From IMG/VR virus record IMGVR_UViG_3300013121_000032, positions 1-64,000 of that record: a stretch of 64,000 nt of DNA; one strand, written 5' to 3'. Every line of letters starts with the position of its first letter. The stretch's first letter is position 1. Below are positions 63,531-64,000 of the stretch, piece by piece. This DNA is from a virus (Duplodnaviria; Caudoviricetes). Position numbers and translations under genes: made by a program. The notes beneath the pieces are model-generated. The model was not told where the DNA came from. It saw only the letters and a program-made list of their open reading frames with translations, and made no database searches.

Positions 63531-64000
63531 ATGAATACCTATACAGAATTCTCTACATTAAAAACTCCTCAATCTCAGCCTATTCTTGGTGAGAGTATGG
63601 AGCAAAATAATGCTGGAGGATTCTCGTATACGGTAGATAAATGGCAATTACTTAAACGTTTCCTAATTCTAGGCACAGATCAAGGAACTTTCTATGCTAG
63701 ACCCCAACCATTAACAATTGAGGCTGCTAAAAATATTCTTGATTGTATTAAAGAAGATGGTAAAAGGACTGTAAATGAAATTGTTTCTATTTCGGAAAGC
63801 TATAAGGCGGCTACGAATGATCCTGCTATTTTCGCCCTTGCCCTTTGCACGTCACCTAAATATGCTTCTGAAGAAACTAGAAAATTAGCATTTTCTAAGT
63901 TGATGAAAGTATGTAGAATTCCTACTCATCTATTTAAGTTTGTAATGATTGCAGAGCAACATAGAGGTTGGGGAAGTGGTCTTAAACATGCTGTTGCTAA
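63531..64000 (+). CDS. Ro60/Rsr TROVE-domain RNA-binding protein, truncated by window end (not in ORF track)
   Basis: TPQSQPI...QNNAGGFSYTVDKWQLLKRFLILGTDQGTFY...NDPAIFALA...VCRIPTHLF...RGWGSGLKHAV; GAGG SD. Confidence 0.92.
   Translation, partial: MNTYTEFSTLKTPQSQPILGESMEQNNAGGFSYTVDKWQLLKRFLILGTDQGTFYARPQPLTIEAAKNILDCIKEDGKRTVNEIVSISESYKAATNDPAIFALALCTSPKYASEETRKLAFSKLMKVCRIPTHLFKFVMIAEQHRGWGSGLKHAVA

Noticed and set aside
1-64000. Stop-codon reassignment (alternative genetic code)
   Set aside because: Conserved genes are full length in the standard code and TAA, TAG and TGA all end tightly packed genes
1-64000. tRNA genes, CRISPR array, reverse transcriptase/DGR, integrase, endolysin, tail sheath
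   Set aside because: No cloverleaf/T-loop, regular repeat-spacer array or matching protein motifs recognised; may lie outside the window or be too divergent

Overview
This window is part of a large, AT-rich (roughly one-third G+C by eye) tailed dsDNA bacteriophage genome, read in the standard genetic code. No integrase, tRNA, rRNA or CRISPR array was found. From 1 to about 54.7 kb most genes are on the minus strand and form a siphovirus-like morphogenesis region. It holds TerS, an intein-containing TerL, an HK97-type portal, fibre proteins, a prohead protease with a nested scaffold, the major capsid protein, neck genes, tail tube, a tail-chaperone pair, tape measure and Ser/Thr-rich tail-tip proteins. 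Accessory genes interrupt it: ThyX, peptide deformylase, metallophosphoesterases and many small tandem paralogs. From about 54.7 kb the plus strand carries replication genes (AEP primase-SF2 helicase fusion, gp32-like SSB, family A DNA polymerase), an HTH-phosphoesterase and a Ro60/TROVE gene cut by the window end. The most striking feature is a dispersed, phage-encoded amino-deoxysugar (viosamine-type) synthesis, decoration and transfer pathway. It comprises an RmlB dehydratase, VioA/DesI-like aminotransferase, hexapeptide acyltransferase, FemAB-like GNAT, RmlC-like cupin, PhyH-like dioxygenase, SAM methyltransferase, two glycosyltransferases and a beta-propeller glycosidase-like protein. Most of these genes lie within the morphogenesis region, which suggests virion glycosylation; DNA or host-surface modification are alternatives. 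All calls rest on motif recognition by eye; no database searches were run.
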